Notes under the pieces: model-generated
Seen by the model: only the letters and a program-made list of their open reading frames with translations
What the model was told of the DNA's origin: nothing
Database searches by the model: none
Part shown: piece after piece, positions 51,072 to 61,081 of the stretch
Layout: the number at the start of each line of letters is the position of its first letter
Numbering within the stretch: position 1 is the first letter of the stretch
Assembly (NCBI GenBank): GCA_033763315.1
Contig: JANRKS010000007.1
Location: forward strand, 256,001 to 320,000
Direction: 5' to 3'
Source: Deltaproteobacteria bacterium
GTDB lineage: Bacteria > Myxococcota_A > Polyangia > Fen-1088
Length of the DNA: 64,000 nucleotides
Program-made: the position numbers and the translations under genes

Positions 51072-52726
51072 CGCTTGGGTTTTGGGTCACAGCGGCGGTT
51101 GTGCTCTTAGGCGTGCTGATCTTGGTGCACGAACTTGGGCACTTCCTGTTCGCCAAAATCTTCGGCGTGCGCGTGTTGCGCTTTTCGTTGGGCTTTGGCC
51201 CCAAGCTGTTGGCGCTCAACGCGGGCGGCACCGAATACCGTCTCTCGCTCATACCGCTTGGTGGCTATGTGCGTTTGTTGGGCGAAGATCCTGGCGAAAC
51301 CATCTCGGAATCGGACGAAGATCGCACGCTGCTATCAAAGCCGCTGTGGCAACGTTACGCGATCGTTGTGGCAGGCCCCGCGTTCAACTTGCTGCTGCCG
51401 ATCTTCATCTACTTTGTTCACTTCTTCGGACACACAACTTTATTGCCGCCCATCATCGGCACCGTGTTGCCGAATATGCCTGCGGCCGACGCTGGCTTGA
51501 TGCCCGGCGACCGGGTGCTTGCCATCAACGGCGATCCCATTGGCTCATGGGAACAGCTGGAAAACACGATCGCCGAGAACCCCGAGCAGTCCTTGCGCCT
51601 GTTGATCAAGCGCGACACGCATCAAGAAGAGCGCGACATCTTGCCTGTCAAACTTGAACGTCGTGGCGCCTTCAGGTTCCGCGAGACGGTGGGGTTGGTT
51701 GGCATATCGCCGCGCTTTCACTTGCCTGAAGCGGGGGTTCTCGATCTCAGCTCACCCGTCGCGCAGGCTGGCTTGCGCACCTTCGACCTGGTGACTTCCG
51801 TCAACGGCAAACCGGTGACGTATTGGGCGGAACTTGAACGTGCGGTGCAAAACGTGGGCGCCTCTCCGCTGCGCATCACGTATCTGCGTGGCGCTCAATC
51901 GGCGCTGCCGTTTGCGCACATCAGTTTGCAGACGCCCGGCACAGCCGTTGTCATACCGCGGCCCGTGTTTGTTGACGTTAATAAACGCACCTATGAAACG
52001 GGCTTGCTGTCATCCGAGTTGTTCGTTTACGCGGTGGAACCCGGCAGCCCCGCCGACAAGATCGGCATCAGGCATGGCGACCAACTGCTGACGCTTGAAG
52101 GTGAGCCGGTGCTGCATTGGGCACAATTTTCGCAGAAACTAGCAGCAGGCCCACACAAACGTTTTCACGTCACTTGGGTTTCGCCGGGCGGCGTGGCGCA
52201 CGAGGCTTCGTTTAAACAAGAGGTGCGGCCACCCGTGGATGCTTACCGGCGCGGCGAAGATCGTTTGGTGTTCGGCACCGAAAGCCGCCGCGCGTGGCGC
52301 ACGGCTCCACCTGTGCCCATCAAGAATCGTTTCGCGTACGCTGCTTCGCATGCCATCAACCGAACCGGACAATTGATCGTGGCCATGGGACAGGGCTTTT
52401 TTGAAGTTGTGCGCGGCCGTGTCCCCTTATCCAGCCTCGGCGGACCGATCACAATCGGCTACGTCGCCGGTGTGGCTGCAGAGCAAGGCTTGGATCAGTA
52501 CTTGTGGTTGTTGGCGTTGCTGTCGATCAACATTGGTCTGCTCAACTTTTTGCCGGTGCCGATCTTGGATGGCGGCCTGTTGGTGTTCTTCACAATTGAA
52601 CTGTTGAAAGGCCGGCCGCCGTCGCGGCGCGCACGTGAAGTGGCGTCTTATGTGGGATTGGCCGCGGTGGTGGTGCTGATGGCATTTGCGCTGAAGAACG
52701 ACGTCGTTCGCTTCTTACTGGAGTAG
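51068..52726 (+). CDS. rseP: RIP metalloprotease RseP (three PDZ-like domains)
   Basis: Motifs HELGH, FSLGFGP, IPLGGYV, AGP..N and NFLPVPILDGG. Confidence 0.94.
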   Translation: MTLGFWVTAAVVLLGVLILVHELGHFLFAKIFGVRVLRFSLGFGPKLLALNAGGTEYRLSLIPLGGYVRLLGEDPGETISESDEDRTLLSKPLWQRYAIVVAGPAFNLLLPIFIYFVHFFGHTTLLPPIIGTVLPNMPAADAGLMPGDRVLAINGDPIGSWEQLENTIAENPEQSLRLLIKRDTHQEERDILPVKLERRGAFRFRETVGLVGISPRFHLPEAGVLDLSSPVAQAGLRTFDLVTSVNGKPVTYWAELERAVQNVGASPLRITYLRGAQSALPFAHISLQTPGTAVVIPRPVFVDVNKRTYETGLLSSELFVYAVEPGSPADKIGIRHGDQLLTLEGEPVLHWAQFSQKLAAGPHKRFHVTWVSPGGVAHEASFKQEVRPPVDAYRRGEDRLVFGTESRRAWRTAPPVPIKNRFAYAASHAINRTGQLIVAMGQGFFEVVRGRVPLSSLGGPITIGYVAGVAAEQGLDQYLWLLALLSINIGLLNFLPVPILDGGLLVFFTIELLKGRPPSRRAREVASYVGLAAVVVLMAFALKNDVVRFLLE

Positions 52727-52728
52727 CC

Positions 52729-53469
52729 ATGCAGCCTTTCCTTTTGGCGATTGAAACATCCACCCGCACGGCGCGCGTGGCGCTGGTGTCCATGGATGGG
52801 CAAGTGATGTCGCAAGCCAGCCTCACAGCGGATCGACACGCTGCCAATTTGCTGAACCTGTGTGACCAGCTGTTCAAAGCGACACACACGACGCCCGCGC
52901 AATTGGCGGCGATCGCGTGCGGTGCGGGCCCAGGCAGCTTCACCGGATTGCGCGTGGGCATGGCGATGGGCAAGGGTTTGGCGCTGCCGTTTGCCGCGCC
53001 CTTCGTTTTGCAGTCGTCGCTGCATGTGCTCGCCTTGGATCTCGCTCACGAGAGCAACGCGCCCATGGGGCAGACCGTGGTGGCCTGTCTCGACGCGGGC
53101 AAAGGTGAAGTGCACGCGCAGCCATTCACGTGCAGCGCCCCAGGCGTCGTCACCAGCGCCGCCGAACCGTGGCGTCTTGCGCCTTCAGATCTGTGCGAAC
53201 GCTTACGCTCAGCCCAGCCACAGTTCCACGCTTTGGGTGGCCCGGAGCTGGCCAAGTTCCCGGCCCTGTCCGCCGCATCGGCTGTGGCGCCTATGCGGCT
53301 CCTGCCCGACGTCCCGGGGCCTTCTGCGGTGCATCTGGCGCGCTTGGCATGGACAGCCCTTGCGAATGGGCATGCCGTTGATCTGGCCACCGCGGCACCC
53401 ACTTATGGCCGGGGGCCCGACATCACGACCCCGAAGCGCAAAACCGTTGGGGATGCCAACGCATCCTGA
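52729..53469 (+). CDS. tsaB: tRNA t6A biosynthesis protein TsaB
   Basis: Motifs LAIETS, GPGSFTGLRVG, DAGKGEV and P.Y.R. Confidence 0.92.
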   Translation: MQPFLLAIETSTRTARVALVSMDGQVMSQASLTADRHAANLLNLCDQLFKATHTTPAQLAAIACGAGPGSFTGLRVGMAMGKGLALPFAAPFVLQSSLHVLALDLAHESNAPMGQTVVACLDAGKGEVHAQPFTCSAPGVVTSAAEPWRLAPSDLCERLRSAQPQFHALGGPELAKFPALSAASAVAPMRLLPDVPGPSAVHLARLAWTALANGHAVDLATAAPTYGRGPDITTPKRKTVGDANAS

Positions 53470-53498
53470 TAGACTTTCTTGCACCGGAGGTTGACTGC

Positions 53499-53708
53499 AT
53501 GGGGAACGCGCAAAGCGCGACATTGGACATGGGTGCAGAGCTGGAAGTGGAGTCGCTTCGACAGAAGCACCACGAACTCAAAAAGCAGCTCGACGTTTTG
53601 AACCGGCACATCTCCTTGACGCCGGCCGAACAACTTGAAAGCGCCAGGCTTAAAAAAGAGAAGCTGTTGCTCAAAGATCGCATTGCGGCTTTGGGCGGCC
53701 AAGTTTAG
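53499..53708 (+). CDS. DUF465/YdcH family small coiled-coil protein
   Basis: LRQKHHEL...LKKEKLLLKDRI. GGAGG precedes the ATG. Confidence 0.85.
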   Translation: MGNAQSATLDMGAELEVESLRQKHHELKKQLDVLNRHISLTPAEQLESARLKKEKLLLKDRIAALGGQV

Positions 53709-53730
53709 CCCGTCCACATCGTAGCTCTTT

Positions 53731-53760
53731 GTCGCGGTCACAGTCGCGGTCACAGTCGCG
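53731..53760. repeat. Intergenic 12-bp tandem repeat x2.5
   Basis: GTCGCGGTCACA GTCGCGGTCACA GTCGCG. Confidence 0.8.
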
Positions 53761-53801
53761 ATCTTGCCTTGCCGACGCGTGGCGGACGTTCGGGTGGTGC
53801 G

Positions 53802-54299
53802 ATGACAGATCTTAACGAAAGTTTTCGGGCCCAGCTGCAATCGCTGCGAGACTCTGGCATCCGCATCGATAGGCAAGGGCAATTCTGGCACAACGGACAA
53901 ACGGTCGCGCACCAGGGGTTACGGCAAGCGCTGTTCGCATGGCTCGATCGGCTGCCGCCGCCCGATGGCCGCCACATACTGCGGCTCGATGAAACGCGAT
54001 ACGCTTTCATCGATGTGGATGACACGCCTTTGGTTGTGAACACGATCAAGCTGCAAACGGATGGCAACATCTGCCAGGCGTGGCTTTCGCTCACCGATGG
54101 AACCGAAGAAGTGTTGCGAGCTGATACCTTATCGATAGATGCGGAAGGTACGTTGCGTGTGCCTGTGCGTGCGGGGCATATGCTAGCGCGATTGACCACG
54201 GCCGCCGCCAGCGCTTTGGCGCCTTATCTTGATGAAGCGCAAGGTGTGTGGAGCTTGGCGCTGCCAGGGCAAAAGGCCGTTCGATTGCGGCAAGGCTAA
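53802..54299 (+). CDS. DUF1285-like hypothetical protein
   Basis: Motifs IRIDRQGQFWHNG and IDVDDTPLVV. Confidence 0.7.
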   Translation: MTDLNESFRAQLQSLRDSGIRIDRQGQFWHNGQTVAHQGLRQALFAWLDRLPPPDGRHILRLDETRYAFIDVDDTPLVVNTIKLQTDGNICQAWLSLTDGTEEVLRADTLSIDAEGTLRVPVRAGHMLARLTTAAASALAPYLDEAQGVWSLALPGQKAVRLRQG

Positions 54300-55777
54300 T
54301 CAGCCTTAGGCACGCGAACGTCGAATCGAGCGCCGCCCAGGACGGCACCGGCGTCACCCACCGTGATGTCCCCCCCATGATCGATCAGAATCTTGCGGAC
54401 GATCGCCAAGCCAAGCCCCGTGCCGCCTTCTTTGTGCGTGATGTACGGATCGAAGATGCGCTGTCGTTCGCTTGGCGGCACACCAGGTCCATTGTCTTCA
54501 ACCACCACTGACACGCGTGAACCGCCCCCCGCCGCTTCCACACGCAAACGCACCTGAGGCACGCGCTTGGCGCCTTCGGCCGCTTGAACGGCGTTTTCTA
54601 CGAGGTTTGAAAGCACGCGGCGGAACAGCACCTTATCAACCAGGGCCAGCACGTTCTTGTTGGGAACGTCCACAGTGATGAAGCGTTCCCACTCAGGGTG
54701 CTGCCGCGCAAAATCTTGCACCAGAGCTGTGACATCCACGGGCACAGGCTCCGCACGCGAAAGCTTGGCGAAGGCCGAGAAGTCATCAACCAAGCGACGC
54801 AGCGATGTGATCTCCTCGCGCAGGATTTCATCCGCCGTTCCGAGCAAGCGCCTATAAGAGGTATCGTCACCAGTATACTTCGACACCAACTGTTGCACGG
54901 CCAATTGAATGGGCGTCAAAGGATTCTTGATCTCGTGCGCCAAGCGGCGCGCCACCTCCTGCCAGGCCGCCACCTTTTGCATGTACTCAAGCCGCGAACG
55001 CGCCTCGATCAGCTCAGACACCATCGAGTCAAAAGCGCGTCCAAGCTCATCCAGTTCATCCTTGCCCTGCGGGGCCACCTTCACAGACAGATCGCCCGCG
55101 CCCACCCGGCGTGCGGCATCACGCAGGCGTGCCACTCTTTTTGTGGTCCTCCGCGCGAGCCACAGGCCCAACAGTGGCGGCACGATCAGCACCGCCAAGA
55201 CAAACGAAAAGTATTCCTTGAGCACCTTGGGCGCCGCGGCCTCAAACGCGCGATGCATCTGCGTTTCGCGATCCATCGCTTCGCGCAGCTCAAGGAAATT
55301 TGTGTACATGGTGCCGTTGATCCCGAACGTCAGCTCTAAGATCTTTTGCGGCATCTCCTCGCCGTACGAAAGTGGCACGGCGGCCAAGATGGGGGGCGAT
55401 TCACGCATGCTGCCAAGCGCGCTGGGTGGCGCCTGCCATTCGTCCAAGACGGCATTGCCGCGCAACAAACGCGCGCGCATCAACCCTTCGGTGGCGGCCA
55501 GCTGCCCCATGCGTTGCGGCCGCATGTTCGCCAATTCCTCCGTGCGTCGCCGGAACTCTTCTTTGCGATCCACAAAGTAGGCACGAAACACTTCTTCGGC
55601 TTGCGCAGCGGCCTCGCCGGTTTCCTGTTGGTGCAAATTCGCCAGTTCAGAAAAGCCCCGCAACGAGAACTGCATGGCGTAGCCCGCGGTAACCACTGAC
55701 AGCGCGCCGACAAACGCCATGGCGCCAAGCACCTTCCATTCAAACCGCCCAGGCCAAAGAGCGCGCCATCGTTTCAT
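54296..55777 (-). CDS. NtrY-like HAMP sensor histidine kinase
   Basis: Two TM segments and a HAMP domain; AWQEVARRLAHEIKNPLTPI, NLVENA, DNGPG and GTGLGL. Confidence 0.92.
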   Translation of the reverse strand: MKRWRALWPGRFEWKVLGAMAFVGALSVVTAGYAMQFSLRGFSELANLHQQETGEAAAQAEEVFRAYFVDRKEEFRRRTEELANMRPQRMGQLAATEGLMRARLLRGNAVLDEWQAPPSALGSMRESPPILAAVPLSYGEEMPQKILELTFGINGTMYTNFLELREAMDRETQMHRAFEAAAPKVLKEYFSFVLAVLIVPPLLGLWLARRTTKRVARLRDAARRVGAGDLSVKVAPQGKDELDELGRAFDSMVSELIEARSRLEYMQKVAAWQEVARRLAHEIKNPLTPIQLAVQQLVSKYTGDDTSYRRLLGTADEILREEITSLRRLVDDFSAFAKLSRAEPVPVDVTALVQDFARQHPEWERFITVDVPNKNVLALVDKVLFRRVLSNLVENAVQAAEGAKRVPQVRLRVEAAGGGSRVSVVVEDNGPGVPPSERQRIFDPYITHKEGGTGLGLAIVRKILIDHGGDITVGDAGAVLGGARFDVRVPKAD

Positions 55778-56418
55778 CGCAAAGGCTCCATGAAGGTTTG
55801 TGAAACGAAACGCAGCTGGCGTTCGCTGTCTTCGATGCGCGGGTTAACGAACACGCTCACGAATGATCCAAAAAAACTATCACCTGTGAAGCGCCCCTGA
55901 CGACGATCGGGGTTGGTGAGCGAGCGCCGCACGTCAGCGACCAACTCTTCCGAAAGCGGGTTCAGATCCGCGCGAAAGGCCACCTTGTAGCGCCGTTCAG
56001 GTTGCAACACGTTAAGCGATGCCACAGGAAACTTGATCAAAGCCGTGGCCAAACGAATGGCCTTGTATTCGCTGTCCACCTCGAACCGTTCGTCACGGCC
56101 TTCGCCGTCCACGCGATGTACCGCAAAGCGCTCGGTCCAGATGTCGTAAATCACTTCCGTACGCCGAAAGGCGGTGGCGATCGGTTCGTCTCCATCCTCG
56201 GGGTAAACGGCCACACGCAAGAGCACCCGCGTGGCAAAGCCTGAGCGCAGTTGCTTGCGGTGCTGTGGCCAAAACAGATCTTGCAAGCCCACATCAACGT
56301 TCAGCTTGCCGCCGAAACGGTTCATGCCCGTCAGCCGTACGGATAGCGGCGCGGCCCACGCGATCTGCGCGAACACCGGCGACAGTGCGCCCGCAAGTAA
56401 GGCCGCGCGACGTCGCAT
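55774..56418 (-). CDS. DUF4390-like periplasmic protein
   Basis: Signal peptide; LRSGF and YDIWTERF. Typical position upstream of an NtrY-like kinase. Confidence 0.7.
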   Translation of the reverse strand: MRRRAALLAGALSPVFAQIAWAAPLSVRLTGMNRFGGKLNVDVGLQDLFWPQHRKQLRSGFATRVLLRVAVYPEDGDEPIATAFRRTEVIYDIWTERFAVHRVDGEGRDERFEVDSEYKAIRLATALIKFPVASLNVLQPERRYKVAFRADLNPLSEELVADVRRSLTNPDRRQGRFTGDSFFGSFVSVFVNPRIEDSERQLRFVSQTFMEPLR

Positions 56419-57950
56419 CAGTAGCGAACACGCCCCAAGAAGTTGGCCACCGACAGATTGAAGATGCCGATGGCGCTGTCCAAACGCACACCGAAATCGG
56501 CGGTCGCATCCACCGGCAAGGCGTCGTAAATCGAGCCCGAGCGCAGCCTCAAATCGTGAGCTTGTGTGAGAGCAAACAGCCCCACGCCGGTAAACAAGTC
56601 AGCCCGGTAAAAGAAACCTCGGCCGCGCCACAACGCCACCGAGTACTCAAGCATCACCCGCCCCGCATAATCTGCAAAGCGGTGTTCACCGATGCCGTTA
56701 TCGAAAAAATTATAGGACGGTAGCGTCGAAAAATTCTGCCCAAGCGCGCGCGGCGGCAACAGTTGATTCAAGTCGGCCACGAAGAAGCGATCGAAATACG
56801 GGGCGTTGCCATGAATCAAACCACCAAACGCGTGCAAGGCAAACGAGTGGCGTCGCTTGCCCACCGGAATGTGGTGTGAATAGGCAATCACGCCCTTGGA
56901 AAAGGAGTAATCAGCGAACGCGGCCCCCATGCCCGATTCGAGCGAAAACAACAGCCGGTTTCCGGCGCGCGGAAGAAAAGGATCGTCGCGGGTATCAACA
57001 TCGAGGCTCAATAAGACCGAAGCCAAATGGCTTTCGCCTTCGGCGATCGAAAAGTCGATTCTGTCCAGGCGACCGGCGCCGAGATCACGGCTGCGGATGT
57101 CGGGTAAGGCCGCCTGCAGGCGCTCAAGACGGCCTTCGGCAAAGAAACGCGTGGTCCGAGACAAAAACACGCCGACGCCCGCGCGGCCGCCCAGGCGCCG
57201 TGTGTTTGCGGCCACGTGATCCTTTGGATCCACTTCCTGTGTGCCACCCTTCGCCCGAAAAAATTCGCTGCCTCGGCCGTAGATGAAGTTCGCGGTGATC
57301 CACGGCCCGTCGAGATCGAACAACGGCACACCTACGCCCAGGCGATACGCGTGCCCCGCCTGCGCGCCGGGCACGCTTGGGGTTGACGATCGTACAAGGC
57401 CTCCCGACAACATGACGCCGCGGCCAAGCAAATTGGTTTCGGCAACGTCCAGACCGCCCCACAACGTGGTGGCTTCGCTCGTGCCTAAGTAAAGCCCGTT
57501 GATAATGATTGTGCCGCGCTCTTGCACCTCCACCACCAAGATCGCGGAGCCGCGCGACCGGCCCTTGTCGAGCGAGAGGCGCACATCCAGGAAGTACCCC
57601 AGCGCCAACAAGCGGCTGCGGGCCGCGACCACCCGGCGATCGGCGGCGGTGACCACGTCACCACTTTTGAGGCCCAACACTTTGAGGATGGTGCCTTCGC
57701 GCGTTTTGCGGTTGCCGCGCACCACAACGCCCTCCAGGACGTAGCGCGGGTTGGGCCCACGATCCTCGGCTTCGGCCGCGGCTTCTGGTGTCACGGGCGC
57801 CTCGATGAGTTCGATATCAGCCTGGTTGTCTTCGTTGGGCAGCTCTTCGGGCCCCACGAGATCAAAACCCTCAGGACCCTGGGCCCAACAAACGGCGCTA
57901 GCGTTTACGGCAAGCCATAAACCGAAAGCGGTAGCGTGCGCCAACTTCAT
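56418..57950 (-). CDS. Omp85 (BamA/TamA family) protein, apparently with a single POTRA domain
   Basis: VRGNRKT...LLALGYFLDV...VEVQER (POTRA), ETNLLGRG and DTRDDPFLP.AG. Confidence 0.85.
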   Translation of the reverse strand: MKLAHATAFGLWLAVNASAVCWAQGPEGFDLVGPEELPNEDNQADIELIEAPVTPEAAAEAEDRGPNPRYVLEGVVVRGNRKTREGTILKVLGLKSGDVVTAADRRVVAARSRLLALGYFLDVRLSLDKGRSRGSAILVVEVQERGTIIINGLYLGTSEATTLWGGLDVAETNLLGRGVMLSGGLVRSSTPSVPGAQAGHAYRLGVGVPLFDLDGPWITANFIYGRGSEFFRAKGGTQEVDPKDHVAANTRRLGGRAGVGVFLSRTTRFFAEGRLERLQAALPDIRSRDLGAGRLDRIDFSIAEGESHLASVLLSLDVDTRDDPFLPRAGNRLLFSLESGMGAAFADYSFSKGVIAYSHHIPVGKRRHSFALHAFGGLIHGNAPYFDRFFVADLNQLLPPRALGQNFSTLPSYNFFDNGIGEHRFADYAGRVMLEYSVALWRGRGFFYRADLFTGVGLFALTQAHDLRLRSGSIYDALPVDATADFGVRLDSAIGIFNLSVANFLGRVRY

Positions 57951-58036
57951 CAAAGCGACTATACGTCAAGGCGTGGTACACCGCCGCCACGCAACCACTT
58001 TGGCGGCAACGCCCAGCCAGGCCGATCGCAGCGGAC

Positions 58037-58777
58037 TTAGTTGACGCTCAGCCGAGGCGCCAAAGGCACGTTGTTGCCCAACAGGGCCAACCGGCTTTCG
58101 ATCTCGTCAGACGGGTTCAAGATCGCCATACGCTGCAAAATCTTCTTAAGGCGGACGCGATCCCCGCGCACCTCGTAAATGGCGCGCAAATTGTTGAGCA
58201 GCCGGGCGAGGATTTGCTTCTTGCAAGCGGGCTGCAAAAACGCTGGATCCAGGTCAGAGGGATCACCTGTGGTCTGTTCATACAAAAGCTGAAGCGATTC
58301 CTCGTCCAACAGCCGGCCGTCGAAGGGATCCACAAAGAAAACGGTGCCGCTCTCGTCTTCCGTGCGCACCAAGAAATGCCCCGGGAAAGACACGCCGTCG
58401 GCTTTGACTCCAGCGCGACGACAGACGCTGATCATCACCAGCGCCAAGGTGATGGGGATGCCTAAACGGCGATCAAGAACGTCATTTAGAAAACTATTTT
58501 TGGGGTCGTAGTAATCAGAGACGTTGCCACGAAAGCCCATCTCTTCGTAAAGCATCCGCAAGACGATCACGATGGGAGGTGTGCCTTCCAACATCGCCTC
58601 ATTCATCAGCTTACGCGCCCGACGGCCCATCCGATCGAGCTTGCCCGAATACTTGGCTAAATTAAGCCCAGGGTATTCGGCTTCTGCTACCACCAGCGCC
58701 GCTGTTTCCAGCCCCAAATCCCAGTCCGTCCTGCTGAGCAGATGCTGGAATAGGAGAAGTTCCGCCTCTTCCCTCAT
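58037..58777 (-). CDS. SirB1/YchA transglutaminase-like protein
   Basis: Motifs FRGN..DYYDP.NSFL..VL.RR.GIPITL, FPGHFLVR, DPF.G and RLLNNL. Confidence 0.9.
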   Translation of the reverse strand: MREEAELLLFQHLLSRTDWDLGLETAALVVAEAEYPGLNLAKYSGKLDRMGRRARKLMNEAMLEGTPPIVIVLRMLYEEMGFRGNVSDYYDPKNSFLNDVLDRRLGIPITLALVMISVCRRAGVKADGVSFPGHFLVRTEDESGTVFFVDPFDGRLLDEESLQLLYEQTTGDPSDLDPAFLQPACKKQILARLLNNLRAIYEVRGDRVRLKKILQRMAILNPSDEIESRLALLGNNVPLAPRLSVN

Positions 58778-58943
58778 GAGGGTTCGAGCTTAGCAGCCGC
58801 ATCTAGTCGAGCCCACCGTTTGCGGGCAAATTCGTCAAACGGCAACACGACGCAGCAACTACATATAGCGGCTTGTGAGGAGAATGACGAGCGAGCGCTG
58901 CATGCTGAAATCACCTGTAAAACGCGCACCACAAGCGCGTTCG

Positions 58944-61010
58944 TTACTCGGGCGCGCGTTCGTTACCAAGACCCACGGTCACACTCACACCACGCACCTG
59001 CATCACTTCACGGGCCAGGTCATCAATGCGCGCGAACTCTTCACGCAGTCCCGTTTCAAGCGCGCCAACCTCTTCAAGCAACGTGCGCACGAGATCACGT
59101 TCGGCCACATCTCGGGCCTCTTTTTCACGCTCCAACATCGCTACGCGCCCGCGCAAAGGCAACAACTGACCGCGCGCTTTGCGAAGCTGATCCTCCGAAC
59201 GATCGAGCGCCGCACGCAGGCGATTTACGTCTTCGCCAGCCACCCTCGCCACCTGCTCAACGTTCTCTTGCGCTTGCTTGACGACTTCGCGTTCAACAAC
59301 GGATTGCTGTTCAAGACCCATCAAGCGCTCGACCGCTTCATTCCAGCGTGTGGTGGCATCGTGACGGCCGCGTTCAGCTTCACGCAACGACGCGTCCATC
59401 ATCGCCAAGCGCGCTTCGAGTTCAGCCACCTGCCGGCGCGCCAAGGTCAATTCGGCATCGTCATTGCGAGGCCGATTGTTGGCTTCATGCCGCATGCGCA
59501 ACAAAGTGCCTTCAAGTTCAGACAAGCGCGCGCGCCGTGCGCGGTCGGCGTCTTGTGATTGGGCCAAGGCGATGCGGGCCCGTTCGGCTTCCTTCACAGC
59601 TTCGGCAGCGCGGGTTTCCGCGTCCGCCAAGGCTTCTTCCAGTTCGTTGACGTGTGCCGTTTGCTCGGACACAGCGCTGCGCAGACGTTCCACCTCGTGA
59701 ATGTGAACGGCCGCTGCGTGTCTAAACTCTTCGAGCGCGCGATCGCGTGTTGCCAACAACGCTTCGAGTTCACGTTCACGTTCGCCTGGACTTGCCTTCG
59801 TCTCGGGCGCAACCACAACGGTGGTCCCGCTGCCTGCCCCGGCCAGCGCTGATTGCAGCTGCCAGGCCAAATCTTGCTTTTCTGTTTCAAGCCCAGCGAT
59901 GCGCTCATCGCGATCAAACAAAGCTGATTCACGCTGGGCGAGCTGGGCTTCGCGTTGTTTTAACTTCTCGGTCAGAACCGCAACATCGCGCCAGGATCCT
60001 GTGCGCGGCTCTGCAGCGACGGCAGCGGGCGCGGCGATCGTTGACGATAAGCGTGCTGCCAACGCAGACATCTCGTCAGCCGTGCGCCGCGTGAGATTCA
60101 AAACGGATTCATCCGCTTCGGCCAACGCCTTTCGCAGGCGCGCAACTTCTTCGTCAAGTTGCACGCGCGTTTCGGCCGCCCGCCGCACGCGACCGCGCAA
60201 CTCTTCGATCTCTTCAGCCTGCGCTCGCGCCACGCGAGCGGCGCCTTCGGATTGGCCTTGGGCGTCCAACAATTTGGTGGAGATCGCCGCAACCTGCGCT
60301 TGTGCCGCTGACAGTTGTCGCGCGATTTCTGCCGCGGCAGGATCAGCGCGCGGAGGTTCAACAGGCGCCGACACCGCCATCGCGGGAACTTGCACGAGCG
60401 CATACCCCAGCGCCGGTCCAGGCGTGTGGCTGGCCAACGCAATATAGCGCGTGGGCTCCTCTGCCTCGGGATCGATGAGATCGGCATCAACTCGCAGATC
60501 AGACACATCGGCGTCGAACTCAGCGATGCTCAACGCGGCGAATGGCGTTTGCCCGAACATGCGAACCACCGGAAACACAGCCGCAAGCTGCTCTTGCAAA
60601 TCGTAATAGGTAAAGCCGGCGCCCGAAGCGCCACGTTGATCCGCGCTGGCCGCGGCCAACACCAACGTTCCCTCGGGTGACAAAAGGCGGCTGACGTTCG
60701 CCAGGGTTAAGCGCCCCTTCGGCGCCAAGATTGAAGCGGCATCAGGAAGCAGCACCACATCAAAGGGCCCCGCCGAGATGAGCGCGTCCAAGGGCGTGCG
60801 GCTTGGCAAGCACCTCACGTTGCCGCCGGTCGGACCCGTGATGGCTCCATCGTCCACCAAGGCCACAACGCTGGCCGCGCCCAACTTTACCAGGGTCTCT
60901 GCCCCCGGGCGCGTGCGGCCGCCCAGCTCCAGCACCCGCCGCCCTTCAATTACTGGCCGCAGATACGTGTAAAGCGGTAACCGCGCGTCTATCTCGCCCC
61001 CTAAAGCCAT
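58944..61010 (-). CDS. Degenerate methyltransferase-like domain fused to a long coiled coil
   Basis: GRRVLELG, FDVV, RLLSPEG and FTYYDL, followed by ~450 aa of Ala/Glu/Arg heptads. Confidence 0.7.
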   Translation of the reverse strand: MALGGEIDARLPLYTYLRPVIEGRRVLELGGRTRPGAETLVKLGAASVVALVDDGAITGPTGGNVRCLPSRTPLDALISAGPFDVVLLPDAASILAPKGRLTLANVSRLLSPEGTLVLAAASADQRGASGAGFTYYDLQEQLAAVFPVVRMFGQTPFAALSIAEFDADVSDLRVDADLIDPEAEEPTRYIALASHTPGPALGYALVQVPAMAVSAPVEPPRADPAAAEIARQLSAAQAQVAAISTKLLDAQGQSEGAARVARAQAEEIEELRGRVRRAAETRVQLDEEVARLRKALAEADESVLNLTRRTADEMSALAARLSSTIAAPAAVAAEPRTGSWRDVAVLTEKLKQREAQLAQRESALFDRDERIAGLETEKQDLAWQLQSALAGAGSGTTVVVAPETKASPGERERELEALLATRDRALEEFRHAAAVHIHEVERLRSAVSEQTAHVNELEEALADAETRAAEAVKEAERARIALAQSQDADRARRARLSELEGTLLRMRHEANNRPRNDDAELTLARRQVAELEARLAMMDASLREAERGRHDATTRWNEAVERLMGLEQQSVVEREVVKQAQENVEQVARVAGEDVNRLRAALDRSEDQLRKARGQLLPLRGRVAMLEREKEARDVAERDLVRTLLEEVGALETGLREEFARIDDLAREVMQVRGVSVTVGLGNERAPE

Positions 61011-61081
61011 ATTTGGTGGGCACTATACCGCATGGCTTCTGGCTCGCTATGGCCGGCATGGCAACATAGGGCCAACTTCGT

